NCBI GenBank assembly: GCA_048571215.1
Contig: CP182352.1
Coordinates: forward strand, 2,144,001 to 2,208,000
Length of the DNA stretch: 64,000 nucleotides
Origin: Halarcobacter sp.
Lineage (GTDB): Bacteria; Campylobacterota; Campylobacteria; Campylobacterales; Arcobacteraceae
Direction of reading: 5' to 3'
The position numbers and the translations under genes were made by a program. The notes beneath the pieces were generated by a model, which saw nothing but the letters and a program-made list of their open reading frames with translations, had not been told where the DNA came from and ran no database searches. Below, one piece after another: positions 41,151-51,433 of the stretch (positions are counted from its first letter, which is position 1; every line of letters begins with the position of its first letter).

Positions 41151-42479
41151 TTAGGCCTTTAAATACTTACTTGAATAAGATAGCAGTTTCTCTTCTTCAA
41201 ACTTATCAGCAACAATTGTCACACCAAAAGGGAGTCCATTTTCTCTAAAACCAGCAGGTACAGCAATAGCTGATAGATCAAGAAGATTCATATAATTTGT
41301 ATAATATCCTAGATTTGTATTTAATTGTATTGGATCATTATTTACTTCATCAATCTTATAAATAGTTCCTGTAGTTGGAGTAAGCATAAACTCAAACTCA
41401 TTAAATATCTTATCTGCAATTTTTCTATTTTTCTTTAGAGTATATTCTGATTCAAAATAGTTCACAGCATCTATTTTATCTCCACCACTTATGATGGCTC
41501 TTACTGTTTTTTCTACAACTTCAGGTGTTTTTGTAATAACATCTTTTATAGCGATATATCTCTCAGTTACCCAAGGTCCACTATAAAGTAAATTTGCACT
41601 TTCATTAAATGGTTCATAATCAATCTCTACAGCTTTTCCACCAAGTGATTCAAACTTTTCAATTGCATCAAAAAATAGTTTTTGTGCTTGCTCATCTCCA
41701 AAAAATTTCAACTGCGACTTCCTAGGAGTTGCAAACAAAAACTCATCTTTTGCTTTTTTTGTTGTAGCTTTATATTTACGACTGTAGATATCCTCTTCAT
41801 CATATTTATTTACAACTTCAAAAACTGCTTCAATAGAGTCTAAACTTTTAGCAAACACAGTAACACAATCCAAACTTCTACAAGCAGGAACTACTCCACT
41901 AGTACTTACTACCCCTTTTGTTGCTTTTAATCCTATTAAATTATTAAAAGCAGCTGGAACTCTTCCAGAACCTGCGGTATCAGTTCCAAGTGAAAAAGAA
42001 ACCATATCAAGGGCAACACTTACTGCACTTCCTGAGCTTGAACCTCCTGAGATATATTCTGGGTCAATAGAGTTTTTACACTCCCCATAAGGGCTTCTAG
42101 TTCCTACTAATCCTGTAGCAAATTGATCTAAGTTTGTTTTTCCAATGGGAATGGCACCTGCTTCAATTAGTTTTTGAACCACAAAAGCAGATTTGCTTGG
42201 AGTATACTCATACTCTTTACACCCAGCAGTTGTAGGGATATTTGCTAAGTCTATATTATCTTTGATAGCAAAAGGGATTCCATATAGTGGTAAATCGTTT
42301 ATATTTTTAGACTCCAAATCTTTTATATATACCTCAAGCTCTTCATCACTTAAGGTATATATCCAGATATTTGAATCTTTATTTTCTTCAATACTTTTTT
42401 TGATATTTTCAATAACTTCTCTTATTGTTACCCTATTATCAAGATAGTTTTGTTTTAAGCTTTCAATATTTAAATTCAT
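41151..42479 (-). CDS. atzF: Allophanate hydrolase, amidase domain
   Basis: KTNLDQFATGLVGTRSPYG, GGSSSGS, GTDTAGSGRVPA. Confidence 0.93.
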   Translation of the reverse strand: MNLNIESLKQNYLDNRVTIREVIENIKKSIEENKDSNIWIYTLSDEELEVYIKDLESKNINDLPLYGIPFAIKDNIDLANIPTTAGCKEYEYTPSKSAFVVQKLIEAGAIPIGKTNLDQFATGLVGTRSPYGECKNSIDPEYISGGSSSGSAVSVALDMVSFSLGTDTAGSGRVPAAFNNLIGLKATKGVVSTSGVVPACRSLDCVTVFAKSLDSIEAVFEVVNKYDEEDIYSRKYKATTKKAKDEFLFATPRKSQLKFFGDEQAQKLFFDAIEKFESLGGKAVEIDYEPFNESANLLYSGPWVTERYIAIKDVITKTPEVVEKTVRAIISGGDKIDAVNYFESEYTLKKNRKIADKIFNEFEFMLTPTTGTIYKIDEVNNDPIQLNTNLGYYTNYMNLLDLSAIAVPAGFRENGLPFGVTIVADKFEEEKLLSYSSKYLKA

Positions 42480-45400
42480 TTTTCATCCTTTCTTATCACA
42501 ACCAAGACATCACCACTTTCAATATTGTCACCCTCTTTATATAAGATTTGAGATACTGTTCCAGCAACTTCGGTTTCAATATCCACTTCCATTTTCATAG
42601 ATTCTAAGATAACTAAAACATCTCCAGCTTGAACCTCATCACCCACTTTAACCTCTATCTTCCAGATATTTCCAGACATAATAGACTCAACTACCTCTTC
42701 ATCATCTGCAAGTATTAGTTCATCTTTATCATCAACGGCTACAACTTTTGTATCAAAGCTATCAAGCCCTTTTTCTTTCCACATCAATCTTTCATCTTCA
42801 AAAGCTTTTTGGCGTTTTGTTTGGAAAGTATCAGATACCTCTTTGTTCTTCTGTAAAAACTCTTTGTACTCTTTTAATTTAAATGTTTTATCTTCAATAG
42901 TAAGTGGAAATTTTCCATATAAAAACTTCTCTCTTATATCATGTAACTCATCTGTTGTCACAGGATAAAATTTTACTTGATCAAAAAATCTAAGTAACCA
43001 AGGTTTTGTAAACTCATTGGTTTGTCTATATCTATTCCACATTTGAAGAGTTCTACCAAATAGTTGATATCCTCCTGGTCCTTCCATACCATATACACAC
43101 ATATAAGCTCCACCAATACCCACTGAGTTTTGTGCTGTCCAGGTTCTTGCTGGATTGTATTTTGTTGTTACAACTCTATGTGAGGGGTCAAGTGGAGTTG
43201 CTACAGGAGCTCCTAAATATACATCACCTAATCCCATTACAAGATAATCAGCATCAAATACAATATTTTTAACCTCATTGGTATCTTTTAATCCATTGAT
43301 TCTTCTAATAAAATCTATATTTGATGGACACCAAGGTGCATTTGGTCTTACACCTTGTTGGTACTTGTCAATTGCAATTTGGATTGATGGGTCATTCCAT
43401 GATAGTGGAAGCCATACTGTTCTTGAATCAACTTCAAGGTTTTCAATATCTTTTAATCCATTTACAGCTTTTTTAATAGTCTTTAACAATTTAACTCTAC
43501 TAATAATTTGTGAGTCAAAATGTATCTGTAAACTTCTAATACCTGGGGTTAAATCAACTATGCCATCTAAATCACTATCTTCAATATAACCCATAAGTGC
43601 ATGGATAAAAAATCTAAGCTCAATATCAAGTTTAAGTTCACCCGCTTCAATTAAAAGAAATTCATTTCCTGCAGCTCTTATTGCAATATTAATATCAAGT
43701 TCATCATGCTTTAATATATCAATAATTGGTGTTGCACTTTCTACTTCAAAATCAATAGTATAATCTTCAAGTTTAGGTAAAGTTGAGTTTCTTAATATAG
43801 CTTCTTCATAAGCTTTACTCATGGCATCTGCATTTTCTAAACTGATTGGCTTAAACTTTATCTTATCACCAGCTTTTAACTGTCCCACCTTATATAACTC
43901 ACAAGAGATAATAGTAACAGGACAAACAAATCCCCCTAAGCTAGGACCATCAGGTCCAAGAATTACTGGCATATCTCCTGTAAAGTCAATAGTACCAAAA
44001 GCATAAGCATTGTCATGGATATTTGATGGATGAAGTCCAGCTTCTCCCCCATCATTTCTAGCCCATTTTGGTGCAGGTCCTATTAGTCTTACACCAGTAC
44101 GACTTGAGTTAAAGTGCACTTCCCATGAAGCTTCAAAAAACTCTTTTATATCATCATTTGTAAAAAAATCAGGTGCTCCATGTGGTCCATAAACTACACC
44201 TATCTCCCACTCATTTGATAAACTTGGAATTTGTGCAAGTGGCGTAAATGTTTGTTCTTTTGCAGCATTGAAACTAAGTACATCTCCAGCTTTTAAAGCT
44301 CGTCCACCATGTCCACCAAACTCACCTAAAGTAAAGGTTGAAGCACTCCCAAGATATTTAGCAGTATCAAAACCACCCTCAATTGCTAGATAAGTTCTAT
44401 TCCCATCTCCTATGATTTTTTTAAACTCTAAAGTATCTCCACTCTTTACAGATAAAGGCTCATACATACTTACAAATTCACCATTGATTTTAGCTTGCAT
44501 ATCAGCCCCACCAATAGCGATAATGGTATCTTGTCTAAATTTATAACTTGCTCCCATAAAAGTCATCTCTATAAAGGGTGCATCTTTTTTATTATTTAAA
44601 AGTTGGTTTAAAAGTCTTGGAGTTAAACTATCCATTGCACCAGATGGTGGAATACCTACAGCCCAATACCCCTGACGTGCTGGAAAATCTTGAATTGTGG
44701 TCATTGTTCCAGATTTAATAATATCTACTTTATAAGGTTTATATTCAAAGCTATCTAATACTTTTGTATAAAAAGTAGAGTCTACAAAAAACTCTTGTTT
44801 TGAGATCTCTTCAAGATATGAAAAGTTAGATTCTATTCCATAGATTCTACTTTTCTTTAGTGCATTTTGAAGTTTTAGAACATTCTCTTCTCTTGTATTG
44901 CTTACTGTTATTATTTTTACTAAAAGTGGATCATAAAAAGGGCTAACTTCACAACCATCTTCTATCCAAGTATCACATCTAGTGTCATTTGGTAGCTCAA
45001 CTTTTGTGATAAGTCCAGTACTTGGTTGAAAGTTTTTCCCACCATCTTCTGCATAAACTCTTACTTCAAAAGCATGACCTTTTGGATTGTGCTTATATTC
45101 TAATAAAGGTTTATTATCCCCCGCTGCAACTCTTATCATCCACTCAACTAAATCAACACCACAAACCTCTTCGGTGATACCATGTTCAACTTGAAGTCTT
45201 GTGTTTACCTCTAAGAAATAAAACTTTTCACTTTGGGTATCGTAGATATACTCAACAGTTCCCGCACTTTTATAGTTTACTGCCTTAGCTAATTTATAAG
45301 AAGCTTCAAAAAGCTGAATTCTAAGTTCATCAGATATATTTGGTGCAGGAGTTTCCTCTATAACTTTTTGGTTTCTTCTTTGGATTGAACAATCCCTCTC

Positions 45401-46072
45401 ACCTAAAGTTTTAACATTTCCAAGTCCATCCCCAAAGATTTGTACCTCTATGTGTCTTGCCGTTTGAATATATTTTTCTAAAAATACTCCACTATTACTA
45501 AAGTTTGAACCAGCAAGTTTAATAACTCCATCATAAGCATCAACTAGCTCTTGTTCGCTAAAACATAGTTTCATACCAATACCACCACCTCCAGCAGTAC
45601 TTTTTAACATAACTGGATATCCAATATTTAAAGCAGTCTGTTTTGCTTCATCTATACTATTTAATAGTTCACTTCCTTCAAGTAATGGTACATCATTATC
45701 TTTTGCAATTTGACGTGCTGTATGTTTAAGTCCAAAATCCTCAATATGTTTTGAGTTTGGTCCAATAAATACAATTCCATTATCCTCACAAGCTTGTACA
45801 AAATTTACATTTTCACTTAAAAACCCATATCCTGGATGAATTGCATCTATATCATACTCTTTGCAGATATTTATAATCTTTTCATAATCTAAATATGTCT
45901 CATCTAAAGATACCCCATGCAAAGGAACTGAAATATCTGAATTGATTACAAAAGAGGCATGTTTATCAGCTTCACTATAAATAGTTACAGACTCAATATC
46001 CATCTTTTTTAAAGTTTTTATGATTCTATTTGCAATCTCAGCACGATTTGCAATTAAAACTCTTTTAAACAT
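42476..46072 (-). CDS. uca: Urea/guanidine carboxylase
   Basis: Biotin carboxylase + carboxyltransferase + biotinyl domain (ESMKME); GLHPSNIHD, TTKYNPART. Confidence 0.96.
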   Translation of the reverse strand: MFKRVLIANRAEIANRIIKTLKKMDIESVTIYSEADKHASFVINSDISVPLHGVSLDETYLDYEKIINICKEYDIDAIHPGYGFLSENVNFVQACEDNGIVFIGPNSKHIEDFGLKHTARQIAKDNDVPLLEGSELLNSIDEAKQTALNIGYPVMLKSTAGGGGIGMKLCFSEQELVDAYDGVIKLAGSNFSNSGVFLEKYIQTARHIEVQIFGDGLGNVKTLGERDCSIQRRNQKVIEETPAPNISDELRIQLFEASYKLAKAVNYKSAGTVEYIYDTQSEKFYFLEVNTRLQVEHGITEEVCGVDLVEWMIRVAAGDNKPLLEYKHNPKGHAFEVRVYAEDGGKNFQPSTGLITKVELPNDTRCDTWIEDGCEVSPFYDPLLVKIITVSNTREENVLKLQNALKKSRIYGIESNFSYLEEISKQEFFVDSTFYTKVLDSFEYKPYKVDIIKSGTMTTIQDFPARQGYWAVGIPPSGAMDSLTPRLLNQLLNNKKDAPFIEMTFMGASYKFRQDTIIAIGGADMQAKINGEFVSMYEPLSVKSGDTLEFKKIIGDGNRTYLAIEGGFDTAKYLGSASTFTLGEFGGHGGRALKAGDVLSFNAAKEQTFTPLAQIPSLSNEWEIGVVYGPHGAPDFFTNDDIKEFFEASWEVHFNSSRTGVRLIGPAPKWARNDGGEAGLHPSNIHDNAYAFGTIDFTGDMPVILGPDGPSLGGFVCPVTIISCELYKVGQLKAGDKIKFKPISLENADAMSKAYEEAILRNSTLPKLEDYTIDFEVESATPIIDILKHDELDINIAIRAAGNEFLLIEAGELKLDIELRFFIHALMGYIEDSDLDGIVDLTPGIRSLQIHFDSQIISRVKLLKTIKKAVNGLKDIENLEVDSRTVWLPLSWNDPSIQIAIDKYQQGVRPNAPWCPSNIDFIRRINGLKDTNEVKNIVFDADYLVMGLGDVYLGAPVATPLDPSHRVVTTKYNPARTWTAQNSVGIGGAYMCVYGMEGPGGYQLFGRTLQMWNRYRQTNEFTKPWLLRFFDQVKFYPVTTDELHDIREKFLYGKFPLTIEDKTFKLKEYKEFLQKNKEVSDTFQTKRQKAFEDERLMWKEKGLDSFDTKVVAVDDKDELILADDEEVVESIMSGNIWKIEVKVGDEVQAGDVLVILESMKMEVDIETEVAGTVSQILYKEGDNIESGDVLVVIRKDEK

Positions 46073-46092
46073 TTTTTATATCCTTAAATCTA

Positions 46093-46140
46093 ATTGTGGG
46101 CCGTCCCGATTGTTTATATTTTATAAGTCGTCCTATAAAA
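46093..46140 (-). ncRNA. Guanidine-II (mini-ykkC) riboswitch
   Basis: Minus strand has two hairpins with ACGR loops, TTTTATAGG-ACGA-CTTATAAAA and GGG-ACGG-CCC, just upstream of the carboxylase RBS. Confidence 0.8.
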
Positions 46141-46174
46141 TAAAGAGAAGAGGATCTCTTAATCCTTTATTAGT

Positions 46175-46798
46175 TTAGTCTTCCCAAATAATAAGTTGTA
46201 TTGGCGTTGGGTTATAACCATTACAAGGGTTATTAAGTTGTGGACAATTTGAGATAAGTACCAAAGTATCCATATGTGCTACCATCTCTACATAATCACC
46301 TTTTGATGATATCCCATCTACGATTGCAAGGTGTCCATCCTCTTCAACTGGTACATTCATAAAAAAGTTAATATTGTTTGATATATCTTTTGGATTCATC
46401 TCTAATTCGCCAACTAAAGTAAGATAGTTATCTCTACAAGAATGCATATATCTTTTATCAAGTCCAAATCTAACAGAATTACTCTCTGCACTACAATGTC
46501 CACCTAAAGTATCATGGTTTCCACAAGTATCTTCAATCACTTCCATTAATACATTATCATCAGAGCTTATTAGTTTTGTACCCTTAGTGATAAAAATACT
46601 TCCTTGTTCTCTTATTGTATCGTTTGGACTGTATCTTTCTGAATAATCATTGTTGTTGTAAAAAAGTGTATCAACTGCTTGACACCCTTCTAAGTCTACG
46701 ATTCTAAATCTTTGACCTTTTTTAACTACACCAGACCAAGGAAGTCCTGATAAAATTTTTTCATTATAAACTGCATTTTCAATATTTTTTGACATCAT
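46175..46798 (-). CDS. cgdB: Carboxyguanidine deiminase subunit (DUF1989)
   Basis: DLEGCQAVD, HDTLGGHC, NFFMNVPV, SNCPQLNNPCN; A/B naming by gene order only. Confidence 0.8.
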   Translation of the reverse strand: MMSKNIENAVYNEKILSGLPWSGVVKKGQRFRIVDLEGCQAVDTLFYNNNDYSERYSPNDTIREQGSIFITKGTKLISSDDNVLMEVIEDTCGNHDTLGGHCSAESNSVRFGLDKRYMHSCRDNYLTLVGELEMNPKDISNNINFFMNVPVEEDGHLAIVDGISSKGDYVEMVAHMDTLVLISNCPQLNNPCNGYNPTPIQLIIWED

Positions 46799-46805
46799 TT
46801 ACCCC

Positions 46806-47522
46806 TTATACAAAATATCTGTTAGTATTTTGGAAACCTCTTTTAGCTTCCTCTGAAAAATTCACATAATCTTCATCTTTGAATTCAACTGCTTCAAAAA
46901 TTGAGATTTCAATATCACTTGGATTATATTCACCCTTATCCATTGCATGTGGTGTATTTGAAAGAATAAGAAGTACATCCATATGGGCTGTTAATTCTAT
47001 AATATCACCCTTTTTTGCACATCTAGGATTTAGTTCTAAAAGTGAACCCTCTTTTACATCTACTTTTCTAAATAGATTAAGAGCAGGAATCATATCTTTT
47101 TTACCCATCCCATATTTTCCAAGTTCAATTAAAAAATTCTCTCTATCACTTTTATGGTAAGCATTTCTACAACTCTCAAATGTTGCTTCATTTGAAAAGT
47201 TTTCTTTGATAAGTCTATCATTGCTAATACCTCCTAAGGTATCAAATAAACCATCAGTAGTATCTTCAGTAATAGCAAATAAAACTCTTCCCATCTCTGA
47301 AAATAGAACTTTTCCTTTATTTAAAAAAGCATTCCATTGTATCTTTACAGTATCAGCACTATTAAATCGCTCTGCACTATTTGAAGCATTATAAAACATA
47401 GCTGATAAACTTGCATTGTCACCACTTGCTTTTAACTGAATTGTTTGTCCTCTTTTTATAATCTTTGACCATTTCACACTTGAAGGCAAAATTTCATTTA
47501 ATATAATATTTTCACTTTTCAT
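46806..47522 (-). CDS. cgdA: Carboxyguanidine deiminase subunit (DUF1989)
   Basis: ERFNSADTVKIQ, SEMGRV, ELGKYG, NTPH; A/B naming by gene order only. Confidence 0.8.
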   Translation of the reverse strand: MKSENIILNEILPSSVKWSKIIKRGQTIQLKASGDNASLSAMFYNASNSAERFNSADTVKIQWNAFLNKGKVLFSEMGRVLFAITEDTTDGLFDTLGGISNDRLIKENFSNEATFESCRNAYHKSDRENFLIELGKYGMGKKDMIPALNLFRKVDVKEGSLLELNPRCAKKGDIIELTAHMDVLLILSNTPHAMDKGEYNPSDIEISIFEAVEFKDEDYVNFSEEAKRGFQNTNRYFV

Positions 47523-47529
47523 AATTTTG

Positions 47530-48258
47530 TTATTTCCTTTCTTTACTTGCATCTATATCATTTACTATTGTTGACCCATATCTATTTGGGAAATCTTTAT
47601 CAACTTTCACTTTATCAAAAACCAATACTCTTGTACCTAATTTAAAAGCCTCTGAAATATCATGAGTTACCATCACTACACCAAAATTCAGTTTTGAATG
47701 AATCTCTAAAAGAAGATCATGCATATCCTGACTAATCCCAGGATCAAGAGCACCAAAAGGCTCATCCAAAAGTAAAAGTTTTGGCTCTTTTACAAGTGAT
47801 TGAGCTATGGATAATCTTTGTTTCATTCCACCTGATAATTCATGGGGATACTTGTTTTTAGCATCCTCTAAACCAACTGCTTTTAAAATTTCAGTAGCTT
47901 TATCTCTTGCTTCATTTTTCTCTTTTCCAAAAAGTTTTCCAAGGAGTTTTGACTTTTCAAACTCTAAGCCAATAACCACATTATCAATCACATTTAAATG
48001 ACTTAAAGTTGAATATCTTTGAAAAACAATCCCTCTTTCGTCACTAGGTTCCTTAGGATAATCGTTTCCTTCAAAAAAAAGTTTTCCTCGTGTTGGTTCA
48101 TCTACACCCAATAGCATTCTCAAAAAAGTTGTTTTACCACACCCAGAAGGACCTACTAAAGTACAAAATTCACCATCTTTCATTGAAAAATTTAAATTTT
48201 CTAAAATGATATTATTGCCATACTCTTTCCAAATATTTTTTGCATTTACTAAGTTCAT
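47530..48258 (-). CDS. ABC transporter ATP-binding protein (guanidine uptake)
   Basis: GPSGCGKT, LSGGMKQR, LDEPFGALD. Confidence 0.92.
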   Translation of the reverse strand: MNLVNAKNIWKEYGNNIILENLNFSMKDGEFCTLVGPSGCGKTTFLRMLLGVDEPTRGKLFFEGNDYPKEPSDERGIVFQRYSTLSHLNVIDNVVIGLEFEKSKLLGKLFGKEKNEARDKATEILKAVGLEDAKNKYPHELSGGMKQRLSIAQSLVKEPKLLLLDEPFGALDPGISQDMHDLLLEIHSKLNFGVVMVTHDISEAFKLGTRVLVFDKVKVDKDFPNRYGSTIVNDIDASKERK

Positions 48259-48260
48259 TT

Positions 48261-49073
48261 CTACTCCTTCCCAAACCAAGGAAATAGTCTTTGATTAAAT
48301 TGTCTTAAAACAAAATCAATCAAAAATGCTAAAAGTGTAATCCAAATAACATAAGGTAAAATCACATCCATAGCAAGATATCTTCTTACTAAAAAGATTC
48401 TATATCCTAAACCTTCAGTTGCAGCAATTGCTTCAGCTGAGATCAAAAAAATCCAAGCTGTTCCAAGTGTCAATCTAATAGAATCAATCAACCTTGGTAA
48501 GATTTGAGGTGTAACTACTCTGGTAATAATTTGCCAAGTATTAGCACCTAAGGTTTGAACTTTAATAATCTGTTCACTTGGTATCTCTTTTACTCTTTGG
48601 TAAATATCTCTTGTCATAATAGGTGCAACACCTATAATTATAAGTACCACTTTTGAAACTTCACCTAATCCAAAAACAATAAACAAAATTGGCAACAATG
48701 CCATAGTTGGTATCAGTGAAAAAAACCATATCAAAGGAGAAATGGTAGATGTTACATAAGGAACAACTCCAATAGCAATCCCAACTGCTAAAGCAAATAC
48801 AGCACTTATTAAAATACCCATAGCTAATCTTTTTAGACTTGATAAAGTATCATTTAGTAAAATATATTCACCACTTCGTTTACTCTTTTCAAATGCCAAT
48901 TTACTCATAGAATCAATACACTTTTCAATAGAAGGGAGTAGTTTATCATTTGGATTTTGGGCAAGTCTTGCACTTGAAGATCCAATATAAACTACTGCAA
49001 TCAAAAGAAAAGGTAGAAGCCCCAAAAACAAATTTGTTGTTTTTGACGGGACTTGATTAATTAACCTTTTCAT
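48261..49073 (-). CDS. ABC transporter permease
   Basis: Hydrophobic; AEAIAATEGLGYRIFLVRRY. Confidence 0.92.
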   Translation of the reverse strand: MKRLINQVPSKTTNLFLGLLPFLLIAVVYIGSSSARLAQNPNDKLLPSIEKCIDSMSKLAFEKSKRSGEYILLNDTLSSLKRLAMGILISAVFALAVGIAIGVVPYVTSTISPLIWFFSLIPTMALLPILFIVFGLGEVSKVVLIIIGVAPIMTRDIYQRVKEIPSEQIIKVQTLGANTWQIITRVVTPQILPRLIDSIRLTLGTAWIFLISAEAIAATEGLGYRIFLVRRYLAMDVILPYVIWITLLAFLIDFVLRQFNQRLFPWFGKE

Positions 49074-49086
49074 TTTAATATCCTAA

Positions 49087-50166
49087 CTACAGCTTACCAT
49101 CCGCTGCCATTTTCATATATGTATCATCAAATCTTAATTTGATATTTCCTTTATCTCCTACAACTTTTCCATTTGGAAATTCAATCCCAACAAAACCATA
49201 ATCACTTGCACCTTCCCCATATAAACCGTGATTAAATGAGAATTTAGCAACAAACTCCATAGTCTTCATAATCTCTTTTGAGTTATTAAATTTAACAGCA
49301 TCTTTTGCATCATAAAACATATTTGTAGTTTTTAATTGGTCTTCAAAACCAGCTAAGTCAGTACCTGAAGCTTTTGCCATGGCAGTTTTAACCTCTTTAG
49401 CTTTTTTTGAATCTGAATTCATTAAACCCATCATTTCATACCAAGCTCCAGCCATTGCTTTACCAAATGCAGGATTATCTTTTAGTGTTTGAGTATTTAC
49501 AACCATTAAATCGATAATTTCCCCTGGAATCTTAGAACTGTCAAATAAATTGTTTGCCTTTGGCATAGCCATGATTTCACTTACTTGTGGTTTCCAAGTA
49601 ACAACCGAACTTACATCAGCAGTTGTATAAGCGGAAACAATATCTGCATCACTTGTATTTACAATAGTTAAATCTTTTTCAGCCAGTCCATTTAGTTCTA
49701 AACCACGTGCTAATAAATAGTGAGAAATAGATAATTCAACTAAATTTACTCTAGTACCTTTTAAGTCTTTAATTGATTTTGCATTTTTAGAAATAACTAC
49801 ATCATTTCCATTTGAGAAGTCTCCAATGATTAAAGAAGTAGAATCAACTCCACCAGCAGCAGGAATTCCTAAAGCATCAGTATTTGCCATAGTACAACCA
49901 TCAAATTGACCTGAAGTGAATTGATTGATTGATTCAATATAATCGTTGATTTGTACAATTTCAATATTTATATTGTATTTTTTAGCCCATTTGTCCATTA
50001 TTTTTTGAGATTCCATTACATCCCAAGGCATCCAACCTACATAAATACTCCATGCAACTTTGAAGTCTTTTTTAGTCTCAGCGTAAAGAGAACTTGTTGT
50101 TAATCCCATAAACAGAACAGACAGGGTAAGTACTTTAATAAATTTTGTGAAAGTAGATGATTTCAT
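49087..50166 (-). CDS. ABC substrate-binding protein (urea-carboxylase-associated, guanidine-binding type)
   Basis: Signal peptide; WSIYVGWMPW, NDYIESINQ; start at MKSST. Confidence 0.92.
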   Translation of the reverse strand: MKSSTFTKFIKVLTLSVLFMGLTTSSLYAETKKDFKVAWSIYVGWMPWDVMESQKIMDKWAKKYNINIEIVQINDYIESINQFTSGQFDGCTMANTDALGIPAAGGVDSTSLIIGDFSNGNDVVISKNAKSIKDLKGTRVNLVELSISHYLLARGLELNGLAEKDLTIVNTSDADIVSAYTTADVSSVVTWKPQVSEIMAMPKANNLFDSSKIPGEIIDLMVVNTQTLKDNPAFGKAMAGAWYEMMGLMNSDSKKAKEVKTAMAKASGTDLAGFEDQLKTTNMFYDAKDAVKFNNSKEIMKTMEFVAKFSFNHGLYGEGASDYGFVGIEFPNGKVVGDKGNIKLRFDDTYMKMAADGKL

Positions 50167-50213
50167 CTTGTTTTCTCCTAAATAGAATTTGAAACACATT
50201 AAGAGGTATTTAA

Positions 50214-50308
50214 CCTCCCGGGCTTTTATCCCTCCGTGTAACTCTATTCAAGAGTCGGTTGCTCTCGGACCAGACATCTAATAAAAGATCGGAACCCTAG
50301 CTACCATT
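50214..50308 (-). ncRNA. Guanidine-I (ykkC-yxkD) riboswitch
   Basis: Minus strand: GCTAGGGTTCCG...CTGGTCCGAGAGC...ACACGGAGGGATAAAAGCCCGGGAGG. Confidence 0.93.
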
Positions 50309-50442
50309 ATGTAGTTGTTTAAGTGAGGTAAAATACCTCTAATATGTTTTCGTTGTAAGCATTATAAAAGTTTTTTTACAAATTATCAAGAACAAAACTA
50401 TATAAAAAATATACAGCTATATTAATAAACCCATATTTTCAA

Positions 50443-50871
50443 CTATAAAATTGATTCTCCCATTATCGTAACAACAATATTTCTACTAGTTGCAAAATCT
50501 CTATGTTCACCCAAATATATCCCTTGCCAAGTACCAAGGTTTAATTTTCCATTAGTTATTGGAATAGTTAAGGAAGATCCAAAAAGTGAGGATTTTATAT
50601 GTGCAGGCATATCATCTTCCCCCTCATATGTATGTTTGAAATAATCTTTATTTGATACTATATCATTTATAAAATTTTCCATATCACTTCTAACTAAACT
50701 GTCACAATTTTCATTTATTGTTAAGCTTGCACTTGTATGTTTTATAAATAAATTTATTGTTCCATGTTCAAACTCTTTTATTTGGGGTATTTTTGTTATT
50801 ATTTCATCTGTGACTAAATGAAAACCCCTATTCTTTTTGGCTAAACTGATTTCTAGTTGAATTATTTTCAT
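50443..50871 (-). CDS. yjbQ: YjbQ/UPF0047 protein
   Basis: HTSASLTINEN, DDMPAHIKSS, LGTWQGIY. Confidence 0.92.
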   Translation of the reverse strand: MKIIQLEISLAKKNRGFHLVTDEIITKIPQIKEFEHGTINLFIKHTSASLTINENCDSLVRSDMENFINDIVSNKDYFKHTYEGEDDMPAHIKSSLFGSSLTIPITNGKLNLGTWQGIYLGEHRDFATSRNIVVTIMGESIL

Positions 50872-50935
50872 TCCTAATAATATTTAAAATTTAAATAAAA
50901 AGCAATAAAATCTTAATAAATATTATGTCATAATT

Positions 50936-51250
50936 GTGATTATGGCAAAAAATGAATCATTACAAAAAAAGAAAACCTTAGGGAATACTCTACTAAGAGT
51001 TGGTATAAAAACTGCAATAGGTCTTGGGATTATTGTATTTATCTATGTTTTTTATGAAAAAATAGATTTCTCAGCAAATAGTTTCTCACCTAAGAGTAGT
51101 GGCAAGACTAGTAGTGCGGCTCCATCAGAATTAAAGTGGTTTAATGACTTTAAAGGGGTAGAGAATGTACCCGTTCAAAACTCTAAACAAAAAGAAAAGA
51201 GTTCAAGTGGTGGTAACTTTTTACAATATGAGGCAGCTAAAAATAAATAA
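50936..51250 (+). CDS. Hypothetical membrane-anchored protein
   Basis: One TM segment; 104 aa. Confidence 0.55.
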   Translation: MIMAKNESLQKKKTLGNTLLRVGIKTAIGLGIIVFIYVFYEKIDFSANSFSPKSSGKTSSAAPSELKWFNDFKGVENVPVQNSKQKEKSSSGGNFLQYEAAKNK

Positions 51251-51263
51251 TAGTTGAAAAATT

Positions 51264-51416
51264 ATGGAAACAGTTTTTATCATTTTATCTATATTATTAT
51301 TTATAGTTTTTATTGTACTGTCATATTCTAGTATAAAATATTTTACTACAATGTGGAAGTTTAAAAATAGAAAAAAAGATGGTAGTGAAGATGATGACTT
51401 TAAATATTTCGATTAA
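51264..51416 (+). CDS. Small membrane protein, 50 aa (missing from ORF track)
   Basis: METVFIILSILLFIVFIVLSYSSIKYFTTMWKFKNRKKDGSEDDDFKYFD; fills the gap to the tolC-like gene. Confidence 0.5.
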   Translation: METVFIILSILLFIVFIVLSYSSIKYFTTMWKFKNRKKDGSEDDDFKYFD

Positions 51417-51433
51417 GAAATAGAAGATAACCT

